This document shows positions 60,101 to 64,000 of a DNA stretch of 64,000 nucleotides, piece by piece; the first letter of the stretch is position 1; the number at the start of each line of letters is the position of its first letter. Source of the DNA: Phoronis australis. Taxonomy: Eukaryota; Animalia; Phoronida. The stretch is from assembly GCA_002633005.1 (NCBI GenBank), contig NMRA01000066.1, positions 568,940 through 632,939 of the forward strand, read 5' to 3'. The notes beneath the pieces were generated by a model, which was given only the letters and a program-made list of their open reading frames with translations, was not told the DNA's origin and ran no database searches. The position numbers and the translations under genes were made by a program.

Positions 60101-62717
60101 CTAAAACAGCCATTTTGCTTACCCTTTGCACGGGCTTTCGCCATGTTGCCTAACTGTACACAGAGGGCGCTAGTTGGGTGACGTTCAAGCTCCTGCTGGA
60201 GAAGTGATCTATACTGTGTAACTCAGTATACCGGGTAGCTTTATTTATCAACAATACCTTATACACCATGCGAGACCGTGACCACCAAATTTAAGCCGAC
60301 ACTACACATACTTTGACCAACCACATCTCCTGGCACACGATTGGTTAATTTACTCAAGTTTGGGTGCTCAGGAGCTCACTTCTAAGTGGGACAAACTGTC
60401 TTGTTACTACCAAAGATTAGGGTTACAGTCCGCTGCCAGTGATCTTCTCCAGTGCGAAACTGTTACGGAACCGGGCTCAGAAAACTTGGTTACAACGTTT
60501 CAAATTCATTCAAGCGTCCCAACCACTGAGACGCGCTGAAGGTTCCTGCAGCCAAATTTGATTCACACATTTCGTCATAGTGTGCCGTCTTAGTTTACAA
60601 TGTGCTAATTGTGTGGGTCTCCAGAGAATCGTTGGTAAATAACGTTCAAAGGGAAATTGCACGCGCTACCTTTTGTTTCATTGGGCAATGCAACTAGCAA
60701 TGTAATTAAAGTAGCATTGGTGTCACTATCTCACAAACGACGCTACTTTCCCAATCCAAAAGTCCAGTGAATGGTGAGCGTACTAGTTTGAAATTGGCGT
60801 CTGACTTCTCTGTGTAGAGTGATTTCAGAAAATGACGTTCGTCTGGTAGTGTATCTTTTAAAACAGCTGCAACAAACAGGGTAGCTGTCATGTGAATGTC
60901 AAGTTGCAAAACTGTGAAAGTGGACTGTAAATGGCGAACTGAGAAAGCGCGCTTTGCTTTAAATTGCCAAATTTTACGCATCGTTCACTTGCTGTGTTTT
61001 GACATTCAGTCGTACACAGCTAACCAACTCAGGCTAGATTTAAAGCGACATTAAAACTACATGTATGCTTCTTGTCAAAACTTAACTTTTGATTTGGGCT
61101 ACTATGCAATACAAGAATGGTCTCGCCGTATTCCATTCGAAGTGACCTCTGGGTCCAGGAAGTACCAACAGTTCGTTATTGTGTATTGTGTTTGTCTTGA
61201 CGAACTAGACTAGACAGGCGCGGAGAGTACACAGATGTCTGGACAATGCCGCCGCCTTAAGGCAAATTGTATTCCGCGAGGTTTCTAGTTGTTCCCGCAA
61301 GTCTGCAGAAAATCATGGGTTACACATCTAGTTAACACACGTTGTTGAAGTCATCTCATTGCATCTTATACGTTTGCGATATCACTGGCGAAACAGTCGC
61401 ATCTCGTGTACCTCATCCAGTGCCCTCTAAGATCTTATCTTTGCACCTGACGTCTCATGCAGAATAAGCATTTCAATTGAAAAATTCAGGGTTCAGGACC
61501 GGCGGAACCACAGCTGAAGACAACACCATACAACTGGTTATAGTTGCCATGGTTCAAGACAATGTCATCGTATCCAACGACACGCATTACCAATTCGGTG
61601 TGTCTGTTGTCATCGACACGCTTGAGCTCTGGTCATCCCAGATGTCTTTGACGATAGCAGAGAAAAATCTACCACCCTTGGTAAGTTGTCTGTGTCATCA
61701 TTTAACATGGCACGTCGCGCTTCAAAAACAATCCTATAGGGGATGTTTCCAATTTTTGGGCTAAACCCGGGACGTAATGATCAAATGTGGTTTTACAAAG
61801 TTCTGCCTGATGACATTACCAAAACTACGTCTAAAAATACTAAACATGTCTGCAATGAATGAAAATCTAATGATAGTGAAACATTGGAAGATACACCCGA
61901 ACATTTCGGCAATGTCACTTGACATCACTAAGACTCTTCCGGCGAAGCAGAAAAGATTGTCACGGTGTGACGAGACAGAAAATTATACTGCTACACACAT
62001 ATCTGTGTGCTATTAAAACAGTGAAGACATTCGCTCTTACACCCAACTCCGTGATGTGTATAAAGACATTGCAAAAAAAAAAACAACAAAAACATAAGGG
62101 ATTAAGTGACAAGACTTTGAAGAACAACATTTCCCATTGCCTTTATGAAAGATTTAGCCTAGTAAAGGTGGAATCACCTTTTCGGTATTTATGATAGGAA
62201 AAATGTATACCACTCATTGGAAGTGTAAGTCCAGGATCGTAGCCAAAAGGGGTCGAACTACAGACCGAGACAATGGGCCCTTGATATTAATTTACATTTC
62301 AACAATGCAAACAGTGATCGAGCAGGATTGTCCGGACTGCCGGTTATGCCCACAGTTACTTGATCTGTCAAAAAATTCCTAATTTGCGAGCCCATATGCA
62401 ACTGCACTAAAAAGGGCAGAAAGACTAATTACTGAATAAATAAAAGTAAAATTAGGATGTATACTGTTCTATTTCAGGTCACAAATCCTGTATTTGACTT
62501 TATCACGGCTGTGGATGGGATCTCAAGAGGCACATACACTGCTTTTTACCTTAATATATCAGCGCCCGAGCAGGCAGCACAGACGTACCGCGCAGTAGTC
62601 GCCATGCCGTACAACTCGTCTGCAATCATGGTTGTTGAGAGCATGAAAATCACACATGTCGGATACAACTACAAGTGCTTTGATTCCACTTCCGTTAAGC
62701 CAGTCTTCAGTTCTGAG
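51138..62717 (+). CDS. Gene 2: tandem paralog of gene 1, 5' part only (10 exons, 609 aa; continues beyond the window)
   Basis: Exons 51138-51195, 52589-52696, 52934-53355, 54096-54236, 54977-55132, 55869-56093, 56576-56759, 59874-59975, 61490-61680, 62478-62717. Same phases as gene 1, 7 of 10 exon lengths identical, no stops. I found no exon 11 homolog before 64000. Confidence 0.9.
51890..52126 (-). mobile_element. ~240-bp MITE family, copy 3 (gene 2 intron 1)
   Basis: CATACGCGCACCCAG...GGTGCGCGCATG TIRs; internal similarity to copies 1 and 2 in reverse orientation. Confidence 0.7.
52589..52696 (+). CDS. Gene 2 exon 2: EGF-like domain
   Basis: DIFDSPNCQECVNGKCDSQGNCLCHDCWSGIDCTLR|GTAAGA. 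Confidence 0.9.
52934..53355 (+). CDS. Gene 2 exon 3: cadherin-like domain and dibasic sites
   Basis: EAPEFTRSEYDV...FRIDEHSGDV...HGIKKRSTHSVSRRAI|GTATGT. Confidence 0.9.
54096..54236 (+). CDS. Gene 2 exon 4
   Basis: TGNGLPTE...ETKLK|GTAAGT. Confidence 0.92.
54977..55132 (+). CDS. Gene 2 exon 5
   Basis: VELFGAVSNDTSRT...EYSSYHKDGQ|GTATGT. Confidence 0.9.
55869..56093 (+). CDS. Gene 2 exon 6
   Basis: YDMAVVDFGTIEN...PVVDSL|GTACGA. Confidence 0.9.
56576..56759 (+). CDS. Gene 2 exon 7
   Basis: ESGKEPVL...MSVCSISIKSL(G)|GTAAGT. Confidence 0.9.
59874..59975 (+). CDS. Gene 2 exon 8
   Basis: GSYKHYNEETI...FGYLVNT(G)|GTAAGG. Confidence 0.9.
61490..61680 (+). CDS. Gene 2 exon 9
   Basis: FRTGGTTAEDNTIQLVIVAMV...EKNLPPL|GTAAGT. 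Confidence 0.9.
62478..62717 (+). CDS. Gene 2 exon 10
   Basis: VTNPVFDF...HVGYNYKC...SSE|GTATAT. Confidence 0.9.
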
Positions 62718-64000
62718 GTATATGTGCGTAATATGTCACCCATTGAGTTACTACAATTCGTAGCATACGGAAAAAAATGATACTCGTTGGTTTATACTCA
62801 ATCTTGGGCGATGGACAATAAGCTCATTCAAGTCTGCACGAGATATCGCCGTACTTTAGTAGCGAAGCACGTGATTAAACAAGTTTTACTCGAATGTCTT
62901 GTCTTTGCGGTTGGCTCCCAGGTTGTTGCCACCTTCTGTCTCATAATTATCACCTCGTATGATTTTGAACCACAAAACTTCCCCGCTGTGTCAAATGATG
63001 GAACCTGTAGTTGTTTTATTGGACTTCTGTTGATTGTTATTTCAGTTCTGCTTCATGTATTAGCTATTGTTAGGAAACGGAATCCTGCTCTATGAAGTTT
63101 GATTTAAAATTCAAAATAGTAGTCAACGTTTTTGAGATATCAGAAAGGCTTTCATCTCTTACCGATTCATGCCGTGTGTTGTAAGATTATCGATCACGGT
63201 AAGAAAATAACGGATTTTAATCCAAACTGCTTATTAACCAGAACATGTCAAGGTCATTTCTAAGGGCCTGACAACATTTAAAAAACGTGACAGTCTTAAA
63301 GTGCTTAAAATCACCATTCACCTTGAATAAACCACCATTCACTCTGACAAGTAACTGCAATTTCAGCAAGTTAAACAATCCTTTATAGCACTGCAAAACA
63401 CAATAACGATAAAAAGGAAATGAAAAGCGACTTCAGTGGAAAATTTCTGAGGTCCACGGACATAAGAATGACGGATGAACATACCCAGCGTCATTGTGCA
63501 ATGTCCACCAATACCAGAGTTTCTTGTACAAACATAGGCCATATCCACGCTTCTCTGATGCACCGCGGGAAATCGACGCAAGGCGTCGCCATTCGTTATT
63601 ATATCACAAAGGAGAAGCAATATTCGACGACTTCTCACACTATAAACTATAAATGATGGCTGACCCGGTTTTACATAGTATGCGCTAACCAATAAATGCT
63701 CGTAACTCTAGATCACTGGTTATTAACACATTATCAGGAAGTGTTGGCAAGCCTGCTAATTTGACAGCTGGTAGATTGATGGTGTTGTTTCTTATAGTTT
63801 TTGATATGAAATTGATGATTTTAAACACGTTAAATAAATGAAGACATTCTATGAAGTTACCTACGGTCAAATAGGTCAACGTTTGAGTTATAACTAGTCC
63901 CAAAACCCTTTCTCAGTTTGGAAGTGGTTTGGCACGAGTAACAGTTCATAAATTGCCTATGGCCAAGCTTCGTGCATAAAATGACAATCTTTATCAAGCC

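Noticed and set aside
1-64000. CRISPR arrays, operons, rRNA or prokaryotic defence systems
   Set aside because: No regularly spaced repeat-spacer arrays or long uninterrupted ORFs; spliceosomal introns, SINE/LINE and microsatellites show the DNA is eukaryotic.

Overview
Eukaryotic, AT-rich animal genomic DNA (invertebrate-like; organism not assignable from sequence), with no prokaryotic or CRISPR features. Manual splicing (GT-AG, phase-consistent) gives two tandem + strand paralogous multi-exon genes. Gene 1 (8503-45055, 29 coding exons, 5682 nt, 1893 aa) is complete. It encodes a secreted, heavily N-glycosylated protein: signal peptide, 7-Cys EGF-like domain, one cadherin-like domain, a double dibasic convertase site, seven ~160-190-aa beta-rich repeats, a further beta domain, an F5/8 type C (discoidin) domain and a C-terminal Asp-box module. 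I see no transmembrane segment. Gene 2 (51138->62717, first 10 exons, 609 aa) has the same exon phases and mostly identical exon sizes and runs off the window. About 330 bp upstream of gene 1 is a perfect 212-bp-arm palindrome with a 31-bp tail and an 11-12-bp target-site duplication; each arm carries a minimal hammerhead-ribozyme motif of the kind described for Penelope-like elements. Introns and the intergenic region hold two decayed copies of one LINE, two tRNA-derived SINEs, several MITE families and microsatellites. All function assignments come from motif recognition by eye; no database search was run.
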